Assembly (NCBI GenBank): GCA_044892525.1
Contig: CM097885.1
Coordinates: 27,902,001-27,966,000, forward strand
DNA length: 64,000 nt
Source: Schmidtea polychroa
Taxonomy: Eukaryota
Direction of reading: 5' to 3'
This document shows, one piece after another, positions 43,459 to 55,257 of the stretch. How positions within the stretch are numbered: the stretch's first letter is position 1; every line of letters begins with the position of its first letter. Below the pieces are notes generated by a model, which saw only the letters and a list, made by a program, of their open reading frames with translations, was not told where the DNA came from and ran no database searches. A program made the translations under genes and the position numbers.

Positions 43459-45861
43459 ATGAAGTTTTTATCTGAGGAATTGAGATATGCCTTGAATCTA
43501 CCGATCCCACCAATATTAAGTCTTCGTCAAGACAAGGGCCATTCTTTCAAAGTACCTGAATTTTTTGGGTATGAAAGTCCTGCAACAAGATGGATATTAG
43601 CGATGCTCACTAATAAGGTTAACTTGAAAAGATTGATTAAATGTGGAAAATCCCATAGCGAACTGTTTTCAAGGTATTATCAAGTACCTGATAGGCCGAT
43701 GGATCTTATGCCGGGTGATTATTCTTTGGAAACTCCGGCATATCATCAACAAACAGTTTTATATCTCACTCCATTGGCTTTGGCAGTTTATATGAAAGAA
43801 TTGTATGCTGTAGAAATGTTGTTAGCTTTGAAAGATGAGGCTGGACATAAAATAATCCATCCAGCCGAACCATGTTTCGTACAAAAAGTATTTAAAAAAG
43901 GTGCACGTCGAGTATCCAATGAATTATCCAATACTTTTCCTATTTTATTAGCTATTCGCAGAAACTTTTTTGATGGAATTCACATGCTATTAGAGTGCGG
44001 ATTTACACCTCAGAAGCAACTCTCTATAATTTGTAGAATGCCATTTAAAGAAACCATCAACTTATATAAAGATATATTAGATTACATGGTGGAATTATTA
44101 CGTCATAAACCTTGTTTAAATGTTACAAAAATAATGAAAATATTAACCGATCCATCAATCGGTTTAACAATGTTCGACATATTTGTATATGACCTCGAAT
44201 TAGATGACAACAGCAAATGGGACTATGTCAGTATTTTCCGCAGAGTCTGTCGAACTGGGTTGGGCACGAAATATTTCATAGAGGAAAGTGCAATACAACT
44301 GATAAACATTCTTGAACAAATTCAAAACATTGGATATTTTCGGGGTGTCACTTATTTGAAAGTGTTTTATACAACTAACCCTCCTACGAGCGGTGAAAAA
44401 ATATTATCACAGAAGACAATCGAAGAATTACAGTCAGAGCGCGTCAGTGTTATAATGGACAAAATTCCTACAATAATAAAAGCAAGCAGGGAAGATTTAT
44501 TTCAACTTGATCCGACTGAATTATCCACAAGAATAAACTATGACTACCAAGTTTGCATAGGATCTCTATTTTTATGGTACCAAAGATGCCAATACAATGA
44601 TAGATGTGGTCATTACATGAAACTGAGCCGATTAATGTCGAAAATTATTTTAGATACTCGAATAATTGAAGACTTTTTCGTCAAATCAGACGAAAGTTTA
44701 GCTTTAGTTTTCTCTGAATGGTGCCAGACTATCATTAAGCCAATTACAGTTTCAGATTTTCGGATCCGAATGCAGGACTATATTTTGTATACAGATTTCT
44801 TGTGCATAACATTCATCAATCGGTACGATAAAATTCCAAATATTTTATTAAATGCTCCAATATTACATGGGAGGGATCCAGCATATTCACCAATTGTACG
44901 AGAGCTCTTGCAACTTAATAGATCAAGCTTGACTGATGTTCTTTCTACCGTTAATAATAATAACCAAAATAATGTTGGAGTAAATCCCATGGTGTTTACG
45001 GTTGTCGATAAAGAAAATCATTGTTCATTAAAATTTATTCCAGCCAATCACGCGAGACACTTTTCATTGGATAATTATAATGATCCGTATTTGCTGCTAT
45101 CCAATAGAAATACGAACTCTTGTAAAGATTCTGGAGGTTATTGCAATAATGTTCGATCATTTCCAAAGTCGATGAAACGACCGCAATCTGTATCCAGGAA
45201 ATCAATACCTCTTAAACCTAAACGATTTTCGAATAACTCTAATTCATTAGAAAATCTTCAATCGTTATCCCAACACGACGAAAGGAATTTTTTATTAACT
45301 CCACCTGGTAACTGCCAACACGTGTCGGGAATAAAGTCTCCAAATGCAGATTTATACAACTCGATTGTTGCGTTAGCCACCAAACCGAAACGAAGATCTT
45401 CCAGATCAATTCTTTTATCCAACAAAAAACCGCCATATCACCACGTAACAAGAACGAAAAGTTCTTGTGAGTTGCTTCAAAAGCCAATGAAACCAGTGGA
45501 AATCCTGGAAAAATTCCCAAAATATTCCAATCAAAACAACTTTCAAACCGACATAAGCGATGATGAATTGAAAACGAGATTAAAAAATTTGCTCTCATCG
45601 AATGCTAAATACCGAGACGTCGACTTCGATATGCAAAAAAATAAAGTTCCATTGAAATCTTTGCGATCGGAAATATGCAAATTCAAATCCGTGGAAAACA
45701 TTATCCGAAAAATGCAGGCGAAAATCTCGACTCAACTCGACTGTTTGTCAAACAACATAATTGCTTCTTCAATGATTCGAATAATGGAAGAACTGTCAAT
45801 GGTCAATAAATCCAAATCTTCAAATCCCGATTTTTTTCGAGTATTCAAAAAAAAAACTTGA
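43459..45861 (+). CDS. 800-aa single-exon protein with ankyrin-like repeats and a Ser/Asn/Lys-rich C-terminal half
   Basis: Long uninterrupted ORF in AT-rich DNA. TPLALAVYMKELYAVEMLL and PILLAIRRNFFDGIHMLLECG resemble ankyrin repeats. Confidence 0.75.
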   Translation: MKFLSEELRYALNLPIPPILSLRQDKGHSFKVPEFFGYESPATRWILAMLTNKVNLKRLIKCGKSHSELFSRYYQVPDRPMDLMPGDYSLETPAYHQQTVLYLTPLALAVYMKELYAVEMLLALKDEAGHKIIHPAEPCFVQKVFKKGARRVSNELSNTFPILLAIRRNFFDGIHMLLECGFTPQKQLSIICRMPFKETINLYKDILDYMVELLRHKPCLNVTKIMKILTDPSIGLTMFDIFVYDLELDDNSKWDYVSIFRRVCRTGLGTKYFIEESAIQLINILEQIQNIGYFRGVTYLKVFYTTNPPTSGEKILSQKTIEELQSERVSVIMDKIPTIIKASREDLFQLDPTELSTRINYDYQVCIGSLFLWYQRCQYNDRCGHYMKLSRLMSKIILDTRIIEDFFVKSDESLALVFSEWCQTIIKPITVSDFRIRMQDYILYTDFLCITFINRYDKIPNILLNAPILHGRDPAYSPIVRELLQLNRSSLTDVLSTVNNNNQNNVGVNPMVFTVVDKENHCSLKFIPANHARHFSLDNYNDPYLLLSNRNTNSCKDSGGYCNNVRSFPKSMKRPQSVSRKSIPLKPKRFSNNSNSLENLQSLSQHDERNFLLTPPGNCQHVSGIKSPNADLYNSIVALATKPKRRSSRSILLSNKKPPYHHVTRTKSSCELLQKPMKPVEILEKFPKYSNQNNFQTDISDDELKTRLKNLLSSNAKYRDVDFDMQKNKVPLKSLRSEICKFKSVENIIRKMQAKISTQLDCLSNNIIASSMIRIMEELSMVNKSKSSNPDFFRVFKKKT

Positions 45862-46517
45862 ATAGTTTCTGAAAGTTTCCTTAACTTTCTTTAGTATTAA
45901 AATTTTAATTTAAAATGACCAAATAATTGCTGTTTTTCTTTGAAGAAAAACTAAACAGCTTCGATTGAAATTGAAATTTTAAAGTATCATTATATATTTC
46001 TTTGCAAAGGATTTTTTTGTCTTGTTTTATTTTATACAAACCTAGCAATCATTAAGATCTTATAAATCAGTAGCCTACTAGTGAATGAGACATAAATTGC
46101 ATCTCGTTGACAATAACAAAGTAGGGGGGGGATTGCAGGTAATCAACATTATACCCTTTCGTGCTGTTTCCAGCGCAAGCCAGAATAAAATTACTCGTTA
46201 CCACTCAACACATGCTGAAGGAACAACGTTGCTAATGTGCCGAATGGGGGAATACTTGCGAAAAGTCAGCGCGCTAAGAGCACTATAATTGTCGAGTACT
46301 CTTTGGGTTCACGGACGGCCGTTAGAAGGCATGTGTCCGATTTACTTCGGTCCCTTATCGAAATTACTCTCCCAAACACTCTTATATCAACCACATTGTT
46401 CTCAACAATCACAAGATTCAACCGCATACACATCAGATGGTGGTAATTATTTATTTAGTCATCACAATTTTACAATATATGTTTTACTCCAGGAGGGTTC
46501 GCACACTCAATCACACC

Positions 46518-46956
46518 TCAGGATCGTGGAGCTGCCTCGGACTCTTTCAGCTTTTCCTGTTCGGCCAGCCAGGCCCTTTTAAATTTCTCTCGGGTATTCC
46601 GCCCTAGCCGTTTGCGTTTCGGCTTGCTTGCTTGGGCCGGTGGATATATCTTGGCCAGCTCCACGGGTAATGGGCGAATCTGCGCTTGGAGAGTGTCCTG
46701 AATGAACCTTTCGTTCAGTTTGACCTCGAGCGTGCGCACTTGTAACTTCAGTGCCCGTATTTCCAGTTGATCCTGCTCCGCCTGGGTCTGGAGCTGCAAG
46801 ATGTGTGCTGTTCGTTTCTTCATCTCGACCGGCTGAACCAAGTGCCCTCGAGTTCTCGGCACTTCACTTTGAGTTTCACGACTCGGCCTCGGAGCTCTTC
46901 GGCCTGGGTTTGGGCCTGTTCCCGATCTTTGCGTAGATTTTCAAATATTTTAAACA
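46518..46956 (-). pseudogene. LTR ORF2, copy B (1-bp frameshift near 46832)
   Basis: VFKIFENLRKDREQAQTQAEELR../..EMKKRTAHILQLQ..IRPLPVELAKIYPP..KPKRKRLGRNTREKFKR. Confidence 0.7.
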
Positions 46957-47224
46957 CTAAAACATAAGAAATTTATTTACCGCATCCATACAAAAGAAAA
47001 TTCATTTAATCATGTAACAAAATTATCAATTAGCGTCGGTCGCCTGACCACCAAGGTATACTATAGGTGCTAAAACACATAACTTGACAATAAAATAATT
47101 TATTAAATGAAGTACATAAGAGTAATTGTAGTTAACTAAGTTATCGTACGGGATGCAAAAGAAAACTGTTTAGGACGAGTCAATTATCATTTATCACAAT
47201 ATGAGAGTACGGATCGACGAGGAT

Positions 47225-47590
47225 TCACGTTGGGCACTTGCGGGGCCTTCCTCTCTTCCGTGGGGTTGCTTCGACATCTTCCAACTCCTCCAAGGACACT
47301 CCTTCCCTTTTGGCCCGGAGCTGGAGCTCGATTTTCTTTAGCCGCATCTGGGCAGCCTCCACTTCGATGGCCGCTCGATCAGGGGCCTCCTGTAGTATAT
47401 CGTTCCTGGGTTTCGTTTTCACACACGCCGAGGCGTCAGGTTCTGGGCCACTTCGGATAACTGGGCCGAAGTTATCCAGATCCAACCCGCGGTTCCAATC
47501 ATGAATGCGGTACCAGGTGTACCGGGTACGGAGCCGGGTGATTATCTCCCTGTCGGCTTCGCCATCGCTGTAGTCGTCAGAGTGAGACAT
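47225..47590 (-). CDS. LTR ORF1, copy B (AT-hook protein)
   Basis: TRLRTRYTWYRIHDWNRGLDLDNFGPVIRSGPEPDA..PRKRGRPRK; ATG follows a TTGTAG acceptor. Confidence 0.75.
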   Translation of the reverse strand: MSHSDDYSDGEADREIITRLRTRYTWYRIHDWNRGLDLDNFGPVIRSGPEPDASACVKTKPRNDILQEAPDRAAIEVEAAQMRLKKIELQLRAKREGVSLEELEDVEATPRKRGRPRKCPT

Positions 47591-50500
47591 TTCTACAATA
47601 CAAAAGTCAGAACACTTTACACAGACTGAGATGAGTCTTTAAACACTGGTTTTTGTTAACCCTCCCCCCGACCTACTAACTCACGCTGCCATCGTTTGAC
47701 ACTACGAACTCTAAAATAACCGACGAAAACATTGACGAGCGGACGAAAGCAGGGGTAGTATTATGACATGAAGTTTATGAAATTTATCGAATAAAAGGAT
47801 GATAAGACGTACGGAGACAGGCATCAGTCACGGAGTTCTTCATTCCAACTTTTCATTCTAAATTAACTATTTCTTAGGTTTGTAATTTAGTTGACGAATT
47901 TAATGGAGTAATATAACTAGTGAAATAACTATAACTTAGAATTTCGAATTTAAGTTTTCTTATTTTATCCTTTTAATAAAAAAAAATAATTTCGGTTAAC
48001 CCTAATTATTAATATAATGAATCCTTATCTGATAATGTCCTAAAAATTTTCGAAAGGTCATTTTTGTTTAAAATAACTATTTTAAATTTAATATTTTTAT
48101 TTACCACTAGATGGCAATTTAAAATTTAGCATACTAAATTTTTATAAATTTTTTGAAAATCGGTAAATTACCATTAAATTCGGGTGGTACGTCGGGGCGA
48201 TGGATATTAGTGGCGAACTTAGTTTCTCGTTTGCTTACCCCTCCCTTGGTGGTACTCGTCATGAGTGGTACAATCTCCTTTTACGAGTTTGGAGGTAATT
48301 TATTTATTGTCAATAAATTTTCATTTTTAGGTACGTTACATGAGAAATTTTACTTGAACGGAGATGGATGGTTTTGACCTTACTAATCGTTTCCTTTTGT
48401 GATTCGTGGCGACTTCCCGCTTGCAATTTATTAATAATAAAATTTGGTGATTCCTTGCAACAATACTTTTATATTTTAGGTAAAGTGTACTTTCATAATT
48501 TATTAGTAATTTGTAAAGTTGTTTTATATGTTTCAATAATATGTATTAATTGGTTCTACACTTCCCTGGCAATCTAAGTAAACGTGATTACTCTTTTCAA
48601 GTTTCTTAAAGCGAATGTTATCTGGCTCCTAGTTTCAGGGGGTTGAGATAGCTAAGCTATCCCTTACTGTTAAGCTTGGCCAAATCAAATTATTATATGG
48701 GTATAGCAACTTACATTTACACATATACCTATATGTGTACATCTGCCTATATTCCTAATTAAAATTAGTAGCCCTAACATTTTCTCCTGGGGGTGTTACT
48801 AAAAATATATTTTAGGAATTATGATCATTCTTATTGGAGCAAAGGGGGTTGATGCTAAATTTAGTTGTGGGGGGAAATCCTAAATCGATATTTTGATCCA
48901 ATTTTGATTTTTGGTAGGTACTAATATAACAATAGTAATAATAATAATAATACTGATAATGATAATGACAATAATAATCATGATAATAACAATAAGGATA
49001 ATAATAACAACAACACTAATTATAATAATAATAGTAATAATAATAATAATAATAAATATAATGATAATCATAATATGAATTATATTTAATTTATATGCAT
49101 TTATAATTTATAATTTGACAAAATTTTATGTTCCAAATTCTTGGCATAGGATCGTATGTCTAAATGTAAACTATTATAGCTATTTATACTTATGTTTTTA
49201 TAGTCGTAATTGATTATAGCTAGTTATAATTTATTTTCTACATTTATAATTTATATTTACAACTATTTATAATTATATTTTATAATAAAAATTTATATAT
49301 AACTATTTGTAATTTATAGTTTTATAGTCAAATTTTGTATGCAACTACTTGTAATAAGATTCTATTCCACAATTCGGACATACTAGGCATTTATAAACTA
49401 GATATTTAAGTACAGTAGGAAATCATGATTATAAAATTACATATTCGAGTAAAATATAAAACGATAACCTATAATTCAAGTATCTATAAATTTCATAGTT
49501 AGATTGAGATATTTATACATTATATATAAAATTATGGTTTTTAATTTAGATCTTCCTAACTAATATACTTAAGCAAAGGATATAATTATAGTTTACAGTT
49601 TAGTCATTTGGGAAGTAGATATTAAGTAAAGCATAAAGTCATAAGGTATGATTATATATATTTATAAATTATGATTTTAACTTGGAATTTGATAGTACTC
49701 TACGATTTGACATTGATAGATTATAATTCCAGATTTAAAATTGATTATATTTTAGGATTATATGTTTATGAGCTGTACTTATTCAACTTAATAAAGAATT
49801 ATATGTAATCAAAAATTACATTTTTAACTTGCCAATACTTTATAGATGGTCATTTATCAATGAAAAATAGTTAGAAATTATACTACCTCAACTTGATGAC
49901 CAGAGTACATTTATCTACAACCGTTTTAGATTTATAATTGATATTTTGGAAATTAATGTGGATTCACAATTTGTAAAACTATTTTAGGGTGAAAATTTAG
50001 CTCGATATAGGTTCATGATTTATATTTGGAGGAGGTTAAATTTATGATATATATATATATATATATATACAGATTAGATTTATTAGTCATATAATTAATT
50101 CAATGGCCACTCAATTTATAGATTAAGTCCTACCTATACGTATGCCGAATATCTTTATGAGTATAATTTCAGTTACTTCAATCACAAAGAAAATTTTGCT
50201 TTACATTGTTACAGAAATCTACATTCGGCAAACGTATAAGTATGACTGAAATTTTTAATGATGTTCAACCGACTACATTACTAAATTGTCAGATTGTGTT
50301 AAGTTTGGGTCTGAGATCTACTCAAATTATGACCTTAGTGTGAAGCTATTGTAGAGAATTTTGAATGATGATTTTAACTATGTATTGCACATAAAATTGG
50401 GAAGAGCGTTTGCTTTCGCGGCCCCACTGTGACCACTAAGACAAGCCTTACTGTTGTGTTGGGTCGAAACCTACCGTGGTCGACCGATGATAAATAATTA

Positions 50501-50934
50501 AAGTCATAACGGAGGAATTTTATCGACACAACTCCAAGGCAGAACCATTGAAGTGGACGACCTCCGATGACCGAACAAAAAAAACTATAATATAGATAGT
50601 GCGTGTCTGCATGTGAAATGACTATAGTTATTTAAAATGTGGTTGAGGTAAATTTTATGAATGATCGAATGTAGGACTGATCAGAGACGTAGGTGTATCA
50701 ATACGCCGCTGATCATTCGTACATAAGATAAAAACACCAAATAAACAATATTAATTAAGAGAAACATGACTGAAAATAAAAACAGTGAAATTAAATAAAA
50801 TCCAACAAATGCAAGAAGTATTGCAAGAAAATCAACTCAAACATAACAGAGAAACATAAAAATATAAAAACAGACTTGAATAAAGTTAAAAGATAGTAGA
50901 AATGCTAAATTATATAAAAAACTTTACCGTTACT

Positions 50935-51711
50935 GAATAATTTTACCGTTCATTTTATATGGTTCACCTTCACAATCGCCATTTGCTTTCATAACTCCCT
51001 TTACAATTATTGTTTCTCGTATTCTATGGTTCAATTTTGCCTTTAAACGAATTTCTGGACTTATTTTTAATTCTCCTGTTTGAAATGCTGCTAGACAGTT
51101 TCTGGAAGCACCTCGACTGGCCTAGGTATCGCATGCATTTTTATGAGTGACGTATGGCTTCATTTACCACAATAGAATACAAATGTTGTATGTTTGACAA
51201 TACACTCTCTCACTTGAGTTCATCGCAAATCAGACTCTTGATACAGACAGTATTTTACGTCATTTTCTATTTTTAAACTGCTCGGATACGCACCTGGACA
51301 TTCCAACATATCTACTACCGAATAAAGTTTTCCCATTTCAATTTGGGAACAATCGTACGTAACTAAAGATGATGTCTGTGTAATTATTGCACAATACGTA
51401 ATCATCATAAACATCGCCCATGGAAATATCATAGTTTTTCTTAGTTCTGGCCTAACTCTTTCATTTACTCGTCTTTGTGGTGGACTCATTTCTTGCTTCT
51501 CATTTTTCTTTTCTGTTAGCGATGAACACAGTGTTTTCCAACCACCTTTTTCGTTTAACAAGCTTATTAAATATTCGTTTACTAGACGGGCAGCGATGTC
51601 TATCAAATTTTCTAATTTGTCTGACCTTGCGAACGTATGCGTTCCAATTTCTAAAACAACATAAGTTAAAGCTATTATTATAACTTCCTTATTAATTTCA
51701 TTTTTTGTCAA
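50935..51711 (-). pseudogene. Bcl-2-like domain fused to a chuvirus/BEL-type envelope glycoprotein N-terminus
   Basis: BH2-like LLNEKGGWKTL, a hydrophobic signal-like segment, then LVTYDC..YSVVDMLECP..LYQ. Past two stops and one frameshift it continues ECIVK..FYCGK*SHTS..CLAAFQTG..KG..NGDCEG..Y, a cysteine pattern typical of that glycoprotein class. Confidence 0.7.
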
Positions 51712-51779
<68 letters not shown>

Positions 51780-52066
51780 AGTAAAATATTTTTTACGGAT
51801 GTCTAACATTAAAATAATATAAACAATTTCGGATGCAATTTTTTTTACGGATGCGCTTGTAAACAGTTTCTGTGTATAGACGGTGTCTCTAGAGGCGAAT
51901 ATAGTTTTTCATACGCCATGTTTACAAGTTTGCAGATATTTTTTTCTGTGATTTAGCTAATTTGCAAGTGATGTGATTTCCAGTGTAACAGGGAAAGCAT
52001 GCAATAGAGTTTAATCAGCAATATTGTATACTTACCTGGCGCGAAGAGAAATCTTCGCGTCTCCTG

Positions 52067-52110
52067 CATAGTACTGATGAGAGCCAAAAGCTCGAAACTA
52101 GCCTACCATT
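52067..52110 (+). ncRNA. Minimal type I hammerhead ribozyme, cleavage triplet mutated to GCC
   Basis: atagta-CTGATGA-GAGC-caaaa-GCTC-GAAAC-TA-GCC-taccat, preceded by the hairpin CGCGAAGA-gaaa-TCTTCGCG. Lies between (TA)n tracts. Confidence 0.7.
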
Positions 52111-52145
52111 GGGATTTGCACTAGGTATCACAAAGCTGGTAATGT

Positions 52146-52228
<83 letters not shown>

Positions 52229-52634
52229 TATTTTTAGTAATTTTTATTATTATCTATGTATTATTATTATTATAACTATTGGTGGGTTACAGGTGGTCAG
52301 ACATCTTACCCTTTCGTGCTGTTTCCAGCGTAACCCAGAATACAAGGTTGATTCTGCCAAATGACACTTGATGAGCGATCATCATTGGTAATGTGTCAAC
52401 TGGGTGAGTCCTCGCAAAAAGTGAGCGCACTACTTGCACTATAATTGTCGAGTATTCTTTGGGTCCATGGACTATCGATAGAAGATTTGTGTCCGATTTC
52501 ATTGGTCCCTTGCCTCTATTGTTTTCCCAAAAACCCACTCCTCATCACTCAACTTCATCATTCAACACGCGAGATTTCAACATCAAAAGTTTGCAATTTT
52601 ATTTTACCATCAATTTGGTTCTGTCCATCAACCA

Positions 52635-53068
52635 TCAAGTGGTTTTAACTTTAACTGCTTCTGATTCCAGCCCTTCTTCGGCTAGCAGCAGGCGTTTAAT
52701 TCGCTCACGACCATCTCGGCCTAACCGCTTTCGTTTGGCTTTGGGCTTGGGTGGATGCATTTCGGCCCATTCGGTAGCCATAGGTCGGATGGCTGCCGTG
52801 ACATGTTCGTCAATAGTCTGTTGATTCAATTTGGTCTCCATGGCTCGCATCTGTAGTTTCAGGGCTCGTATCTCGGTTTTGTCTTGGGCGCTCTGGAGCT
52901 GCAGATGCTCAATCTGCTTCAAGTATTTATGCGCCACTTCGGAGAGAAACCAAGTTTGTTCCATGTTCCGGCAACGTTCTTTGAACTTGTTGACACTGGA
53001 CCCGAGTCGCTCGACCTGCTGGTGCGCCTGCTCCCTGTCTTTCCGGAGACCTTCGAATAGCTTATACT
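52635..53068 (-). CDS. LTR ORF2 exon, copy C
   Basis: YKLFEGLRKDREQAHQQVERL..EIRALKLQMRAMETKLN..IRPMATEWAEMHPPKPKAKRKRLGRDGRERIKR, open from the TTTTAG acceptor. Confidence 0.7.
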
Positions 53069-53242
53069 CTAAAACGAAACTATCATTAAATGACTTTTAC
53101 CATATATTGTTTCGCTATTGTTTGTAGGCGTCTCTGAGATAAAAACTTTTATATCCATATCCGAGATACTAAGCACCATATGGGAGCGGTTTAACCTTAG
53201 GGTTCAACTGTAAGAATATAATTTTAAAACAAAGTCATTTAT

Positions 53243-53695
53243 TTAATAATACAGCAGTCGGAGTTCATCAAAATCACTATAATCAACGGAGTATAAGCCC
53301 AAGTCCACTGAGATAGTCGGGGTTTTAGCTTCAGGGGGCCTTCTTGCGGGGTCGGTCCCATTTTTCTCGGGCTTCGGCTCAACTTCCGACTCTTCAATGG
53401 GTCGGCCGGCTTTGACGGCACGGAAATGAGCCTCAATCAAGCGGAGCTCATATTGCGCTCTGGTGATGGCACCCATGGTACGATCTCGGGCCTCTACGAG
53501 CCAATTGTTATCCGGCTCGGTCTTCACCCACGCCGGGGCCCTAGCCTCGGGGCCTTTCCGGATTACTCGATTCGAGCAGTCCAGGTCCCGACCCTGGCTC
53601 CATCGATGGATGTGGTGCCAGATAAGTCTGGAGTGGAGGCGCGTAGTCGTCGCGTCGCATCGGTCTTCCTCACTCTGCTCACTGGAATTCGACAT
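53243..53695 (-). CDS. LTR ORF1, copy C (AT-hook region shifted out of frame)
   Basis: TRLHSRLIWHHIHRWSQGRDLD..VIRKGPE..WVKTEPDNNWLVEARDR. The DRPRKK remnant lies in another frame. Confidence 0.65.
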   Translation of the reverse strand: MSNSSEQSEEDRCDATTTRLHSRLIWHHIHRWSQGRDLDCSNRVIRKGPEARAPAWVKTEPDNNWLVEARDRTMGAITRAQYELRLIEAHFRAVKAGRPIEESEVEPKPEKNGTDPARRPPEAKTPTISVDLGLYSVDYSDFDELRLLYY

Positions 53696-54325
53696 TCTAA
53701 ATTTTTATTAGAGATTACGGTTCTTTTAATTAATATATCACGTTGATTTCCATTTTCGCTCATTATATTCTCATTATTAGTTTTCTTTTCTTTCTACTTA
53801 AAGGGGTTCAGTTATGAAGAACTTTTAAATCGTAAATAATTTTAAAGGGAACATAATGTAACTGTATTACAATTGTATGGTACATAAATATTGACGACAA
53901 ATCAATGATGGAATGCGTATTTTGTAAACAAAGCCTACCGAAATTAAAATACCAAAGCTTAGTTAAATTGAGAATTTAAATCATAAAGTAAATGGTATGC
54001 TAAAATGGTGATAAATATAGAAGAAAGATCATTAAATAATAACTGAAGTCCTTGGTTTTCGAAAAACAAATCTATCGAATTAAAATTATGTACGTTTTAA
54101 AATTTTTAATTTTGTCTGTTTTTGAGTGGAAAAATATTTTTTGATAAAACATTAAAAAGTTTTTTCGAAAATTACTGTTGTTTCCCATCCGTTTTCTTCC
54201 TCCTTATAAGTGACTATTGTTGCACGTGTCGGAAAACAATTAATCGGTGAGAAAGATTTTCTTGTCTTTGATGACTCAATAAATTTTTATTCAAGTAGGA
54301 GAAGAGAAATTATTTTTACCCAATA

Positions 54326-55208
54326 CACCAAACACCACTGAGATACATTCTCTATAGTGGTGGTTGGCGTGTAAAGCAATTCACTCACTGTATTTACCGA
54401 TTGGCTATATTTACCAATTAATCATCATCAATTTGAATATGAATTTGATGTTTTTTGGAAATTTATTTTAGCCATTTTAGAAATGGCTTTCAGGTAAGAT
54501 ATTTAATTTTAAGTAAAGTTTAAGTCTTGAATTTTGATCCATATAGATATGAGATCATTATTCAAGTTCTTAAATATTACTTTTAATCAACAATATAATT
54601 ATAAATTATTTTTAATTAATTTTCAGGCTTTTTAGGAATTTTATGTCTTTTACTAAAGTATTTTGGAATTATTTCGAAAAAATGTGAGTCCAATATATTT
54701 TTAATTATAATTAATTAAATAAATCAATCAATGTATTTTTTTAAAACATTTTGGGAAAAATCGCTGATTAGAATAATTTTTTTAATTTTTGTAATTTTTT
54801 TTCTGAGCTCAATATGAGGGGATTCTTAAAGGAAATCAAATCTGGAGTAAAAAGATTTTGAACCAAATTCATCTGCTCTTGATATTTTCATTAAAAATAT
54901 AATTTAAAAAATTTTCAACGATCTTTTTTTTCTAAAAATTGTCTAAAATAGAATTATTATAGAAACGTATCTCATCGTTACAATTTTACGAATCAAAAGT
55001 TTGTATGTATTTTTTATTATGTGTTGTGCTTGTGTGCATTTTTTAATTTTCCTTCCACTTTTCAGATTTCTATAATATAAGATGTATCTCATTGAGCTAT
55101 AAATGAGAACATCAACCTGAAATCAAAGTAAGTATGTATGTTTCTATAATGTAAGATTATTGATTTTTTTGTTATATTATAGGAAATGCATCTCAGTGGT
55201 GTTTGGTG
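54326..55208. mobile_element. TA-flanked MITE, copy 1
   Basis: TIRs CACCAAACACCACTGAGAT / ATCTCAGTGGTGTTTGGTG with TA on both sides. Confidence 0.8.
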
Positions 55209-55257
55209 TAATTTTGCGACAAAGGATTCCAAATTTAGAAAATTGTTTCCTCATGTA

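Larger units (their letters stand above)
46122..50900. mobile_element. Giant LTR-like element, copy B (right end rearranged; ~50725-50900 inverted)
   Basis: Collinear with copy A from the left block to A~28110. The following segment is the reverse complement of A~28660-28840. No TSD identified. Confidence 0.75.

Noticed and set aside
52029..52042. ATACTTACCTGGCG, identical to the 5' end of U1 snRNA
   Set aside because: The rest of U1 (70K loop, Sm site) is absent and the homologous copy at ~19070 differs. It is part of the hammerhead repeat.
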